IMG/VR virus record: IMGVR_UViG_3300036760_001400
Source: an uncultured virus (IMG/VR IMGVR_UViG_3300036760_001400)
Taxonomy: Duplodnaviria; Heunggongvirae; Uroviricota; Caudoviricetes
Direction: 5' to 3' (one strand)
DNA length: 64,000 nucleotides
Position 1 is the first letter of the stretch. Every line of letters starts with the position of its first letter. Below are positions 27,302 to 37,254 of this stretch, piece after piece. A model generated the notes under the pieces. It was not told the origin of the DNA and did not search any database. It saw only the letters and a program-made list of their open reading frames with translations. Made by a program: the position numbers and the translations under genes.

Positions 27302-28234
27302 ATGTCTCTTGTCGGGAAGAAGATCCTCGTTACAGGAGCGTCCGGCTTCCTTGGAAAGGAAGTCATGCGCCTGTCAAAGAAGACGGGGGGTGCCTTCTAC
27401 ATATCAGAACGCTCGATCAAGATGGATCTTCGAAATGATCGAAACGTTCAGAACATCTTCGTCAAGGTAGATCCCGATATTGTCATTCACCTTGCCGCTA
27501 AAGTAGGCGGCATTATGGCCAACATGGCCGCTCCAGGAGAGTTCTTTTACGATAACATGAAGATGGGCATGAACGTCATTCATGCCTCGATGCAGTACAA
27601 CACCAAGATCATCATGGTCGGAACCGTCTGTTCCTATCCACGCGAATGTCCTGTTCCTTTCGTGGAAGAGGACTTGTGGAGCGGATATCCCGAAGAAACG
27701 AATGCTCCATACGGAGTTTCAAAGCGGGCACTTTTGGTAATGTGCCAGGCCTACAAAAAGCAGTATGGCCTTAACTTCACCTACCTGATTCCAACGAATC
27801 TTTACGGACCTGGAGATAACTTCAATCTGGAAACATCCCATGTCATACCGGCCATGATCCGTAAGATGGCCGAAGCGATCAAGAACAAGAGTCAGGAGAT
27901 CACCTGCCTTGGAACGGGGATGGTGACAAGGTCCTTCCTTCACATAACGGATGCGGCCAAGGGAATCCTCATGGCTGCGGACCTTCATGGATATAACGAA
28001 CCTATCAATCTTCCCGGAAGCGATGAAGTGAAAATGGATGACCTTGCTGCCATGATTGCAAAGATCATAGGCTACACGGGAAAGATAAAGTGGGATCCAT
28101 CCAAGCCGGATGGGCAGCCAAGACGCGCGATCAACGGAGACCGCGCAAGAGACCTGCTCAAGTGGAAACCTGAGATCTCCCTGCAGGAAGGCCTGGCTTC
28201 CATGGTTTCCAGTTTTATGGAAAACCGTTTATGA
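27302..28234 (+). CDS. fcl: GDP-L-fucose synthase
   Basis: TGASGFLG, HLAAKVGGI, GTVCSYP, YGVSK, PTNLYGPGDNF, SHVIPAMIRK, KPDGQPRR. Confidence 0.92.
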   Translation: MSLVGKKILVTGASGFLGKEVMRLSKKTGGAFYISERSIKMDLRNDRNVQNIFVKVDPDIVIHLAAKVGGIMANMAAPGEFFYDNMKMGMNVIHASMQYNTKIIMVGTVCSYPRECPVPFVEEDLWSGYPEETNAPYGVSKRALLVMCQAYKKQYGLNFTYLIPTNLYGPGDNFNLETSHVIPAMIRKMAEAIKNKSQEITCLGTGMVTRSFLHITDAAKGILMAADLHGYNEPINLPGSDEVKMDDLAAMIAKIIGYTGKIKWDPSKPDGQPRRAINGDRARDLLKWKPEISLQEGLASMVSSFMENRL

Positions 28235-29124
28235 AGGTTTCCGTAGCCCTTTCAATCCACAATCGCTCGAATCTGTTTGGACGCGCCCTTCGCGGGTATC
28301 TCAACCAGACGATGAACAGGAAAGACTGGGAAGTCATCCTGGTCGATGACATGTCGACAGAAGATCTAAGAAGCGTCTACAGCCCCTTCATAGGGAAGAT
28401 CAACCTGATGCACGTGAAGATGGACCATACTCGTCACCCCGTTTTCCGGGAGATGAATCCTGGGTGGAAACCAGGTCAGAATAAAACCTGGTACCATACT
28501 CCAGCGATCTCTACGAATATTGCCGTATCACTTTCCAGCGGCAGCGTCATCTGCCTCTGCCACCCTGAAATCCTCCATGCCCCGTCCAACTTCCAGCTTG
28601 CCTATGAGCACTTGAGTTCCCTCAATAACTTCCTCTTCGGGAAGACCTACCTGGGGACTTTGACCCACAATCAATGGCTCGATATGAACGATTGGCATTC
28701 GGGCTCATGGACAAGGTTCCTTCAAGAGGCCAACAAGGCAAGCCCGCTCGAAGCGTTCCCGAACAACGCGCTCTACTGGTATACGTCCTTTCTCCCGAAG
28801 GTAGCTGTGAGCGCTGTCGGAGGGGTCGATTTCAAGTATCTTCATGGGGTTGCCGGGGAAGATGACGATTTCAAGGAACGCATCAAGAAGGCAGGGTGGC
28901 CTCCGCTCTACTTCGAGAGCATCCAGGGGTTTCACCAGGATCATTCGGACGAGAAAGAAGCTCATCACCGGAGGGATACAGAAGCCTGGCACAAGGGCCT
29001 TAAGACCAATAGAGAGCTCTTGAGGAACAGGATGCAGGTGACTGGATTTCCAAAGATATCCAACGAAGGGTACGATTGGACTGGATCCGAGTGTGTCGTT
29101 TCCAGCCAAACCTACAATGTTTGA
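28231..29124 (+). CDS. glycosyltransferase family 2
   Basis: KVSVALSIHNR...QT...EVILVDDMSTE; VGGVD...GEDDDF..R. Confidence 0.85.
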   Translation: MKVSVALSIHNRSNLFGRALRGYLNQTMNRKDWEVILVDDMSTEDLRSVYSPFIGKINLMHVKMDHTRHPVFREMNPGWKPGQNKTWYHTPAISTNIAVSLSSGSVICLCHPEILHAPSNFQLAYEHLSSLNNFLFGKTYLGTLTHNQWLDMNDWHSGSWTRFLQEANKASPLEAFPNNALYWYTSFLPKVAVSAVGGVDFKYLHGVAGEDDDFKERIKKAGWPPLYFESIQGFHQDHSDEKEAHHRRDTEAWHKGLKTNRELLRNRMQVTGFPKISNEGYDWTGSECVVSSQTYNV

Positions 29125-29881
29125 CAGGAACGATACGATCGCTGTTATCGTTTCCATCAGACGGGCTGAGGATACCAACTACATTCACAGGGCTATAAAG
29201 AACCTTGGGAAGTCTGGGTTCTTTGAGCGTTTCGGGAAGCTTCACGTCGTCCTTGGTTCAAGCGATACGTCTTATCTCAACTGCTACAAGGACGATCTCG
29301 ATATCGTCATTCATCCAATGGATTCCGAAGAAGAGATCTTCTGGAAGGATCTCTACCTTACCTCGAAATGCGCCTACGGGCATGTACGCATGATCAAAGT
29401 GGCCCTTTCCTTCCCCGGGTGGAAGTATGCGGTCCTTTTCGAGGACGATACGATTGTTGCCAGGTATTGGGCCAGCTTCATCGAGGATATCCTTCCTGAG
29501 ATTCACGCTGTCCACCGTGACAACTTCATGCTCTCAATGTACCAGCACCGTGGAGTAAAAGACCATTACGACAAAGGGGAGCGGTGGTATCCAATCGATC
29601 TTCCTGCAGAAGCTCCCTACTATCATGGAGGTCTCGCCGAGGTTCATACCCGCTTCTCACTCGATGGAATGACCGGGCACATTAACGCTAGATGTATTGA
29701 TCGGGCTGACCTTCCAAGCGATTATGCCATGGGCGAATACACCTTCCTCAGGCATGGGGCAGTTCTGGCTACCGCGCCATCCCTCATTCAACATATCGGG
29801 AAAGTATCCACAGGACAGTCGGGGGGTTTTCATCAATCCGATCTCTTTATGGAGGACATTCGTGGCATATTCCCAGCTTGA
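29117..29881 (+). CDS. GT-A fold glycosyltransferase
   Basis: VLFEDD, PSD, PSLIQHIGKVS. Confidence 0.7.
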   Translation: MFDRNDTIAVIVSIRRAEDTNYIHRAIKNLGKSGFFERFGKLHVVLGSSDTSYLNCYKDDLDIVIHPMDSEEEIFWKDLYLTSKCAYGHVRMIKVALSFPGWKYAVLFEDDTIVARYWASFIEDILPEIHAVHRDNFMLSMYQHRGVKDHYDKGERWYPIDLPAEAPYYHGGLAEVHTRFSLDGMTGHINARCIDRADLPSDYAMGEYTFLRHGAVLATAPSLIQHIGKVSTGQSGGFHQSDLFMEDIRGIFPA

Positions 29882-30494
29882 AGAAGAGAAGTTCATTCTG
29901 GATTTCTTTAAGAGTCACCTCCCAAAAGATACGTTTTTCTGCGATGTAGGCGCTTTTGATGGAATGACCTTCTCCAATACAAGAGCTCTCTACGAGCGTG
30001 GCTGGAGCGGGATTCTCATCGAGCCGCATCCCCTGGCCTACAAGAAACTTCAAGCCCTCTATATCGACGACCCTCAAATGTCCTGTCTTCAATATGCTGC
30101 TGGAGACAGGGTGGCTCGCGGGGAATTCATCGATCTCATGTATCCGATCTCCAACTACGGAGATCTGATGCTGTCATCCTGTAATGAAAAGGAGAAAGAA
30201 CGATGGCCTCATTTGAAGCGATGGACTGGAGTCACGGTTCCCGTGATCAGCCTTCGTGAAGTTCTCGATAAGCACGGTAGATCACCGGAGTTTCTTTCAA
30301 TCGACTGCGAGGGGATGGATATTGAAGTCCTGGAAAGCGCGTGTCTTGTAAAATCCAAGACTCTCCCGTCCCTTATCATGGTCGAACACAACGAGAACAG
30401 GCATCTTGCCCTCAGCAATGCGGACGCGATCCTAAAGGTGTTCGGGTATACCTGTGTGTACACAAATCCAATCAATGCCGCGTGGACAGTATAA
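29862..30494 (+). CDS. FkbM-family methyltransferase
   Basis: YSQxxEE, DVGAFDG..SNT...GWSGILIEP, FLSIDCEG; GGAGG SD before GTG. Confidence 0.88.
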   Translation: MAYSQLEEEKFILDFFKSHLPKDTFFCDVGAFDGMTFSNTRALYERGWSGILIEPHPLAYKKLQALYIDDPQMSCLQYAAGDRVARGEFIDLMYPISNYGDLMLSSCNEKEKERWPHLKRWTGVTVPVISLREVLDKHGRSPEFLSIDCEGMDIEVLESACLVKSKTLPSLIMVEHNENRHLALSNADAILKVFGYTCVYTNPINAAWTV

Positions 30495-30504
30495 GGAGGT
30501 TCCC

Positions 30505-31305
30505 ATGAAGCGCTTCGTAGCCTTTGCTTTTGGTTTCATCATGACCACCCTGTCGGGTGCTGATGAGATCATCCTTCAGAACGAAAACGTGATTGAGTGG
30601 AAGTCCTTGATGGACAAGGGGGATTCGATCGATGTCGTTTTGACCAACGGAAAGAAGATGACGGTCAAGAAGTCCGACATAAAGGAGATCCGCGTCAAAG
30701 CTCCCGCTCTCTTGACGGGAGCTTCTTTTACGCTTCCTGAACCGATCAAGGTCGCTTCGATCGACCTCCTGAAAGCAGTCGATCCAAAAAAGGATAAGAT
30801 CCAGGGAAGCTGGGAATTCGAAGGCTCCACTCTCAAGACCAAGCATGAGGGTGTCTTCCAGCAGCTCCAGCTCCCGATGGCTCCCGCTGAAGAGTACGAT
30901 CTCAAGATGATCGTGGAAAGAAAGGGTGCCCAGTGTCTGAATCTCTTCCTTCCCCTGTCCCAGAAGAAGGCGGCCCAGGTCGTCATCAACACGGGCGCCA
31001 ATTCATCAGGGATCTTCCCTATCGACGGAACAACTCATCAAAGTCCAGGGAAGAATGAGACGTATTACGGACAGGGCGTATTCCAGGAAGGAAAGCCGTC
31101 GACCGTCTCGGTCATGGTCCGAAAGACCCGCATTGTGATCGAGGTCGATAACAAACCCATCATCGACTGGAAGATCGACCTGGCTCGCCTTGGAACCAAT
31201 GACGAGTGGAAGCCAAAGCGTCAGGATGCGCTTATGATTGGGGCCTGGTGTGACTTCCTTTTCCACAAGATCGAGTTTACAGGAGCTGGAAAATCCGGCC
31301 ACTAG
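30505..31305 (+). CDS. secreted protein with lectin/ConA-like beta domain
   Basis: Signal peptide; DEIILQN...VKKSDIKEI module; IDLLKAVDPKKD..GSW...EEYDL. Confidence 0.55.
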   Translation: MKRFVAFAFGFIMTTLSGADEIILQNENVIEWKSLMDKGDSIDVVLTNGKKMTVKKSDIKEIRVKAPALLTGASFTLPEPIKVASIDLLKAVDPKKDKIQGSWEFEGSTLKTKHEGVFQQLQLPMAPAEEYDLKMIVERKGAQCLNLFLPLSQKKAAQVVINTGANSSGIFPIDGTTHQSPGKNETYYGQGVFQEGKPSTVSVMVRKTRIVIEVDNKPIIDWKIDLARLGTNDEWKPKRQDALMIGAWCDFLFHKIEFTGAGKSGH

Positions 31306-31315
31306 GAGACAAGAT

Positions 31316-31343
31316 GGAGGCCGGCCCATATGGGCCGGCCTCC
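31316..31343. repeat. 28-bp perfect palindrome
   Basis: GGAGGCCGGCCCAT|ATGGGCCGGCCTCC. Confidence 0.9.
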
Positions 31344-31353
31344 CCTTTCCCAC

Positions 31354-32343
31354 ATGATCCATACTGTCCTCGTCTCAACCATCAACCACGACCATCCGCA
31401 GCGTGGGATGGAGCACGCTTTCCGCGGAATCTTCAAGAATGTCGATACCTTTGACTTCCTCGACAAAAAGAGGAAAGGCGTGTCGGTAGACATCATCAAT
31501 CGGGAGCTTCTACAGAGGGCTTCGGCCGTAAAGCCAGACTGGATCTGGTTTCAGCTCCAGGAGTCCAATGTCATCAAAGCAGAAACGATCCGGGAAATCC
31601 GCACGCGTTCTCCGAAGACGGTCATCAGTCATTGGATGGGAGACTGCAGGCTGTCGGTTCCTCCTGGATTGGGTGAAATCTCGAAAGCGTGCCATCTGAC
31701 GCTGGTCTCGAATTCAGGCCAAATCCCCCTCTTCCAGGCGGCTGGAGCATCTATAGCAAGATACCTTCAGGTAGCCGTGGATTGGGAAGAGGACCTTTTC
31801 CCGAAGACTGATCACCCGCTTCCGTTCCCTGTTCGGGATGTAGCCTTTTGCGGGAACTATTATGGAAACTCATTTCCGGGAACGGTAGACAGAGTGACGG
31901 CTATTCGGGCCTTGATGGATGCTGGAGTTTCAGTAGGGATCGTAGGATCCAACTGGCCTGTTGGATTTCCTGTTCTTGGAATATGCCATGTCAAGGAACA
32001 GGTCCACGTCTACCGTAAGGCAAAGGTGGCCTTGAGCGTCAATCACTTCAATACCATCGAACGGTACTATTCCGATCGACAGCTGATCGCCATGGGATCG
32101 GGAACCCCCCTGGTATCGATCTATGTGCCCGGTCTCGAGAAGGAGTTTGAGGACGGGAAGCACTGCCTGTGGTACCGCTCCATAAGCGAGCTTATCGACC
32201 ACGTGAAGATGCTTCTTTCGGATAGAGCCAAGGCCTCTCTTATGGGCAGGAACGGAAGAGCTGAAGTGATCCGATCCCATACCTATTTCTCGAGGATCCT
32301 GTCCATTCTGCCAGAGATCGAGCAGATCAGGTCATCTCTTTAG
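31354..32343 (+). CDS. CgeB-like GT-B glycosyltransferase
   Basis: HWMGD, DVAFCGNYY, YRKAKVALS, YYSDR, HTYFSR. Confidence 0.8.
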   Translation: MIHTVLVSTINHDHPQRGMEHAFRGIFKNVDTFDFLDKKRKGVSVDIINRELLQRASAVKPDWIWFQLQESNVIKAETIREIRTRSPKTVISHWMGDCRLSVPPGLGEISKACHLTLVSNSGQIPLFQAAGASIARYLQVAVDWEEDLFPKTDHPLPFPVRDVAFCGNYYGNSFPGTVDRVTAIRALMDAGVSVGIVGSNWPVGFPVLGICHVKEQVHVYRKAKVALSVNHFNTIERYYSDRQLIAMGSGTPLVSIYVPGLEKEFEDGKHCLWYRSISELIDHVKMLLSDRAKASLMGRNGRAEVIRSHTYFSRILSILPEIEQIRSSL

Positions 32344-32938
32344 AGCAGTACGCCTCCCTTCCGAAACCGCTTGGTAGGTGTTCTACCTTGAGACGCCGAC
32401 GTAGGAAGGGGGGCTTAAATATTTCAGGAGGGCCAATGCAAGGGGAAGCAAAAGAGTTTCTCGAAAGTCTCGAGAAGAGCCAGGATCTTGAGGATCGCAT
32501 AGTGGCAATCCTCATGCAGCCGGTGATGGAAAAGGTAGACCGCGCCCACTACATCCAGCTCAAGGGAAGGGCAAAAAGAATCATCAAGCTCTTCGAGGAG
32601 TGTGATCCCATCTAGCCTTTGTGAGAGGTACCGTCCATGCGGTCAGCGGCGGGAAACCAGGACACACGGAAGGGGTCTGCCTGAATATAAAATAAGGCAG
32701 ACACTGCTCTTTGCCCTAGAAGAGCGGTGGGTTGTTCTCCACCTTTCGTCGCTTCGGACGGTACCTCTCTTTTTAATCTACTTTGAAATCAGGAGATCGA
32801 TGTGCTTGGAAAAGAAAGGGGTGGAAGTGAGTACAAGCCAAAGAGCCTTGAAGGCATGCCCTTGGGGTGCTGGCTCTGGGTCGGTTGCATGGTCATGATT
32901 GCCGTCTGGCTCGCAAGAAGATTCTTCTAGGAGGAGGG

Positions 32939-33436
32939 GTGAGAATAGCACGAGGAGACATATGGGATTTCGGAAACCGTGGATACGAGGTTGTGATCCC
33001 TGTTAACTGCGGCTGGAAGCTTACGGGTCACAATGTCATGGGCCGCGGCCTGGCCAAGCAGGCTCTTGACCGGTATCCAGGAATCGATTTGTACCTTGGG
33101 AAGAAGCAGGCGGAAGCCGTGGAAAGCGGAGCTCCCATGGGATCCGCCCTGTGGATCATAGATCACCCGGATCATCCGCTTATCTTCTTTCCAACAAAGT
33201 CTCTGAATAAAAAACAGCCATGGCTTTCCTGGAAGCAGAAATCCGACAAGAAGATGATCGGGAAACTGCTTGATGCTTTTCCTGATTGGGCTTCTGACCG
33301 CGGAGTCAAGAAAGTTGCCTTCCCGCTGCTTGGCGCCGGTGAAGGAGGGCTCGATCCCATCGAGATGAGGGACTTCATCCGGAAGAAGCTTGGAGATGAT
33401 GAGCGCTTCGTTCTTGTAACTCCCGCCTACATCTAG
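32939..33436 (+). CDS. macro domain (ADP-ribose processing) protein
   Basis: GDIW, IPVN, VMGRGLAKQ, FPTK, VAFPLLGAGEGGL; AGGAGG SD before GTG. Confidence 0.85.
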   Translation: MRIARGDIWDFGNRGYEVVIPVNCGWKLTGHNVMGRGLAKQALDRYPGIDLYLGKKQAEAVESGAPMGSALWIIDHPDHPLIFFPTKSLNKKQPWLSWKQKSDKKMIGKLLDAFPDWASDRGVKKVAFPLLGAGEGGLDPIEMRDFIRKKLGDDERFVLVTPAYI

Positions 33437-33639
33437 GAGATCCACCATGGCTGTTTCCGTCTGTGTCACGTGTGACTCTGTCTGCGACCCCTACTTCACA
33501 TGCGGTAGAGACGCGAGGGACTACTGCATCGTGCACCGGGAGCACGGCTTTCATAACTGCGTTACGAAAGCCATTCCAGAAAAGAATCAAAAGGAAGCCC
33601 TGTCTACGGAATCTATCGTGAAACTATTTGGAGGTTCCC

Positions 33640-34308
33640 ATGCTGACCGCGCTTAAGAAGTTTCTCAAGGGGGATGACCGGCCTGAAGTCGTGAAGATGT
33701 TCGAGAAAGCGAAGGATGAACGTCAAGCTCTCGTCCTTCTGAAGGAATCGAGGGGTCGCGATGAATCCAGACGCGCTAATGCAAACCAGCATATCAACAG
33801 TCTCGTTCTCCTTGAGAAAAGGCTCATGGAGCAGGGCCAGGAGGAAAACGCGACCGATAGCGAGAAGATGCATCTTGTCCGCCAGATCAAGGCCCTGCGC
33901 GAGGAAATGCGCGATCTCCAGGCCAAGGTCGACAAGATCTACACCCCACGTCTTCGTACGGTTTGCCAGCACATCGCATCCCTTGAAACGGTGATCGAGG
34001 TGAAGAGCGAGCCCATTCCATCCATCGAGGCACTCGAGAATACCGCCGTCAAGGCCAGGACCATGATGGGGGACCTTGACCAGGCGGTAGAGCTGGCTCA
34101 CGGTATCAGCACTCCATTCATGAAAGAGGGCCCCGACAAGGAGGAAGAAGCTATCATGGCCGAGATGCAGGAGCGTGCCGACAAGGTGAAAGAAAAGAAG
34201 ATCAGGGAGAAAGAGGAGAAAGAGGACAAGGAGATCATGAGCATCTCGAAGGCGAAGGCAAAGACAAAGATGGCGAAAAAGGCCCTTGAGGTGGAGGATG
34301 AGGAATGA
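33640..34308 (+). CDS. coiled-coil protein, possibly PspA/Snf7 (ESCRT-III)-like
   Basis: N-terminal amphipathic MLTALKKFLKG, long heptad helices, DKEEEAIMAEM segment. Confidence 0.45.
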   Translation: MLTALKKFLKGDDRPEVVKMFEKAKDERQALVLLKESRGRDESRRANANQHINSLVLLEKRLMEQGQEENATDSEKMHLVRQIKALREEMRDLQAKVDKIYTPRLRTVCQHIASLETVIEVKSEPIPSIEALENTAVKARTMMGDLDQAVELAHGISTPFMKEGPDKEEEAIMAEMQERADKVKEKKIREKEEKEDKEIMSISKAKAKTKMAKKALEVEDEE

Positions 34309-34655
34309 GCACGAATGAAGCCATCATCCTTCTTCGCCTCACGATCAAGGCCAAGATCGCCCTTGACCAGGACAAGGTCAGCGAGGTCAAGACCATCCTC
34401 GGGACGGTCGAAGAGGCAATCCGCCTGTTCCAGACGGTCAGCGACGAGGAGCTGATCCAGGCCGACGTCCCTGTCTGCATCTGCGCGGATAAGCGTGGAT
34501 GGAGTACCTGCGGAGACAAATGCCACTATCATCCTCCCGAGTACATCTGCCTGTGCGGTGGATGTGGAAACTGCACCCTTATTGGAGAGAGGCAGGCATG
34601 CCAAAAGCGTGTAGCCTACATGAGGATGTGCCACAGGTGCGATCCCCAACCCTAG
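34305..34655 (+). CDS. Cys-rich hypothetical protein
   Basis: ATGA overlap with upstream gene; many Cys/His. Confidence 0.55.
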   Translation: MSTNEAIILLRLTIKAKIALDQDKVSEVKTILGTVEEAIRLFQTVSDEELIQADVPVCICADKRGWSTCGDKCHYHPPEYICLCGGCGNCTLIGERQACQKRVAYMRMCHRCDPQP

Positions 34656-34681
34656 ATCCACCCCATGGGGTGGATCTAGGG
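34650..34681. repeat. 32-bp perfect palindrome
   Basis: CCCTAGATCCACCCCA|TGGGGTGGATCTAGGG. Confidence 0.9.
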
Positions 34682-34910
34682 GGTCATCCGGGTTAAAATA
34701 ACCCGGTGAGACTCCTTCTTCGCATCATCTGCTTCTTCAGGAAGCACAAGTCCATCCGGTTCATCATTTCCGGAAGCTCCTACTGTATTCGCTGCGGGAA
34801 AAGGCTGTAGTCACGGGGCGCGGCCCAAACCGAAATGGCAGACCCCAAAAGGGGCGCTTTTAACATATCGAAGTACGGTAGGAATTGCATTACGGTATAG
34901 TGGAGGAACA

Positions 34911-35216
34911 ATGAAGGATAGCAACACAACGACCCTCACTGTAAAGGAGATCGAAAGGGCAAGGGAGAACGAGAGGCGAATCAAGGGTGCTGCCCTTAGA
35001 ATCGCCTCAAAGCTCCCGAACCGTTTGAGGGAAGCTGCCCGTGACAGGATCTTTGAGGAAATGGATCAGTGGCACGCGGAGACCTACTTCTTCACGCACG
35101 GCGTCGTTATCCAGCACATTAGAGGATTTCTTTTGTGCTACTTCGAAGAAAGGGAGAACGGACCTATATTTGGACTCGGAGTCGAGGACATCGTGAAGCT
35201 CATGTCCCATAGATAG
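34911..35216 (+). CDS. hypothetical protein
   Basis: GGAGG SD; TATAGT immediately upstream. Confidence 0.55.
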   Translation: MKDSNTTTLTVKEIERARENERRIKGAALRIASKLPNRLREAARDRIFEEMDQWHAETYFFTHGVVIQHIRGFLLCYFEERENGPIFGLGVEDIVKLMSHR

Positions 35217-35262
35217 AAGGTCACGAAGGTCGATTACACCATCCTCGAATAAGGAGAATCCC

Positions 35263-35601
35263 ATGCACATCAATGAATCCATTTTCGGCATCAAGTTCGA
35301 CGTTCTCGGCAAGGAGCTCGTCAAGCACTGTGAAGAAAGGTGCCTCTACCATGACGGCCGAAAGAAGTTCTACGAGGCACAAGAGATCAAGTTCAAGGAT
35401 GAGATGGATGAGCTTGCGAAAGCGAATCCTTCCTACTCGAACAAGACAACCCTCTCAAACATGGAAAGGATGTCCGAATCAAAGGCCCATCATTCGGCTC
35501 GATCGAGATTTTTCGCCTTCTCGACCCTTCACCTTCTTTCTGACCACTACAAGATGACTCGCGAAGAGCTCGTCCTGTTCGAATTCATTTCTGGGACTTG
35601 A
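35263..35601 (+). CDS. hypothetical protein
   Basis: TAAGGAG SD. Confidence 0.6.
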   Translation: MHINESIFGIKFDVLGKELVKHCEERCLYHDGRKKFYEAQEIKFKDEMDELAKANPSYSNKTTLSNMERMSESKAHHSARSRFFAFSTLHLLSDHYKMTREELVLFEFISGT

Positions 35602-36209
35602 GATATGCGCATGAGCCGGGACGAGATCTGGGCCTACTCCCTCTGCACGGCCATCGCTCATACGGAAGATCGGGAGGAGATCGAGTTTTACACCCTATGG
35701 ATCTACAGCCTTGGGTTCAAGTTCTATTTCGTGTAACAGGGGGATCATGAAGATGGAATACAACAGCGCTCTTCCGGACTACGGTGACAAGATGACGGTA
35801 GCTGAATTCCGGTCCTCCTGCGAGGACGGCTCCTTCATCGACTACGACGGCTGCGGCCACCCTGTGAAGGGTGACAAGATGATGGCCAGCCTGACCATCT
35901 ATCCGTCAAACCTTGAGGCGATCCCGAAAGATGCCACTCACATCATGTGGTTCAATCGATAGGAGGATCTTCGGTTTGGGCTTGTTCTATGAACCGTAAA
36001 TACCGCTGTGTGAGCTGCAGTTTCGAGTGGGAAGGTTACCGGGTGCTAAAGGATCTGGATACCGGGAAGGTAAGAAGGTTTCAGGATCCCCCTATGAGAG
36101 GGGGAATGACCGAGTGCCCGAAGTGCCTCAACCTCTACGTCGAGTGGATGAATGCGCTCGAGATTCTTGGAAAGCTTGGAAAGTATTGGGAAAGGTAAAG
36201 GAGGATACC

Positions 36210-37220
36210 ATGGCAGATGAAGTTGGCTTTACAATTAGTTCCACCTCTGGCATCGGTGGTGCTGGTGGTGCTGGTGGTGCTGGTGGTGCTGGCGGTAGCG
36301 CTGGAAGCGGAAATATTAATGCAGCAAACCCTCTGCCCGTACTTCAGGGGTCTGCTCCTCAAGATCAGGTCAGGAAGTTCGAATGTTCCAGATGCGGGAC
36401 CAACAACTATCAGAAGGACATCCGGACCCTTTGCATGACCTGCGTCAAGCTCAACAAGAGCGAGATCGATAACCTGATCAGCCAGAACAGAAAGCTGGTC
36501 GATGAGGTCGATTTACTGAGGAGTACTCTAGCCGTCAAGGAGAGGGAAGTCGCTGAAATCGGGGTCATCCTAAAAGCTACGGAGGATGCGGCAGCTTTGG
36601 ATGGGATTGATAAGTTGGCGTTGAAGGCGGATCGTATCATGGCAAATAATGCCGTGAGAGCCTGGCTCTCGTACCGGGACCATGTGAAGATATCCAGTCA
36701 CTGTATTCCGTGCAGGGCGGGTAGTATGTGCATCGAGCTGACCTCTCTCGAAAAGAACGCGGTAAGCGAGCTCCCGAAAGTCGTCTGCCCAGACTGCGAT
36801 TCCAGAGACAAGGAGATTCTGATGCTCCGGGATGCCGTCTCAGAATACTTCAAGCTTCTAAAACATACGGGGGTCTGCGAACAGTGTAATTCTACCGAAG
36901 GTCAAATGTGCTGGGTGAGCGGAGATATCAGGACCTCAATTTCACTCAAGATGAACCGCTCGAGTGCCCAGCCTTACTCTTACTCTCTCTACAAACGGCT
37001 GCTGGAGTCAGCCGGTCAATTCTCTGTGTTCGGAGACGGATCAGCCATCCTCTACCATGGGGGTAGATACAAGTTCATCAAGGTCAACCTGAAGGAGATT
37101 CCCATTGGATCCTGTGAGCACCTGTCGGAAGGGGGCACTCCTGGAGATGCTGTCGAAAACGCAATGAAATACATCGCGTCTTCCAGTACGCACGTAGTGA
37201 ATGTAGACAACCAGGAATAA
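36210..37220 (+). CDS. Gly-rich / zinc-finger / coiled-coil protein
   Basis: GGAGG SD before ATG 36210; (GGTGGTGCT)x3 repeat; several CxxC. Confidence 0.6.
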   Translation: MADEVGFTISSTSGIGGAGGAGGAGGAGGSAGSGNINAANPLPVLQGSAPQDQVRKFECSRCGTNNYQKDIRTLCMTCVKLNKSEIDNLISQNRKLVDEVDLLRSTLAVKEREVAEIGVILKATEDAAALDGIDKLALKADRIMANNAVRAWLSYRDHVKISSHCIPCRAGSMCIELTSLEKNAVSELPKVVCPDCDSRDKEILMLRDAVSEYFKLLKHTGVCEQCNSTEGQMCWVSGDIRTSISLKMNRSSAQPYSYSLYKRLLESAGQFSVFGDGSAILYHGGRYKFIKVNLKEIPIGSCEHLSEGGTPGDAVENAMKYIASSSTHVVNVDNQE

Positions 37221-37254
37221 CAGATGGTACGATGGGTCTAGAGGGAACTAACCC

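Noticed and set aside
34822..34834. GGCCCAAACCGAA identical to 14572-14584 within the structured RNA
   Set aside because: A 13-mer match is expected by chance in 64 kb, and no cloverleaf or shared fold could be built here
36256..36297. (GGTGGTGCT)n microsatellite as a phase-variation tract
   Set aside because: The 9-bp unit keeps the frame and only encodes a Gly-Gly-Ala linker
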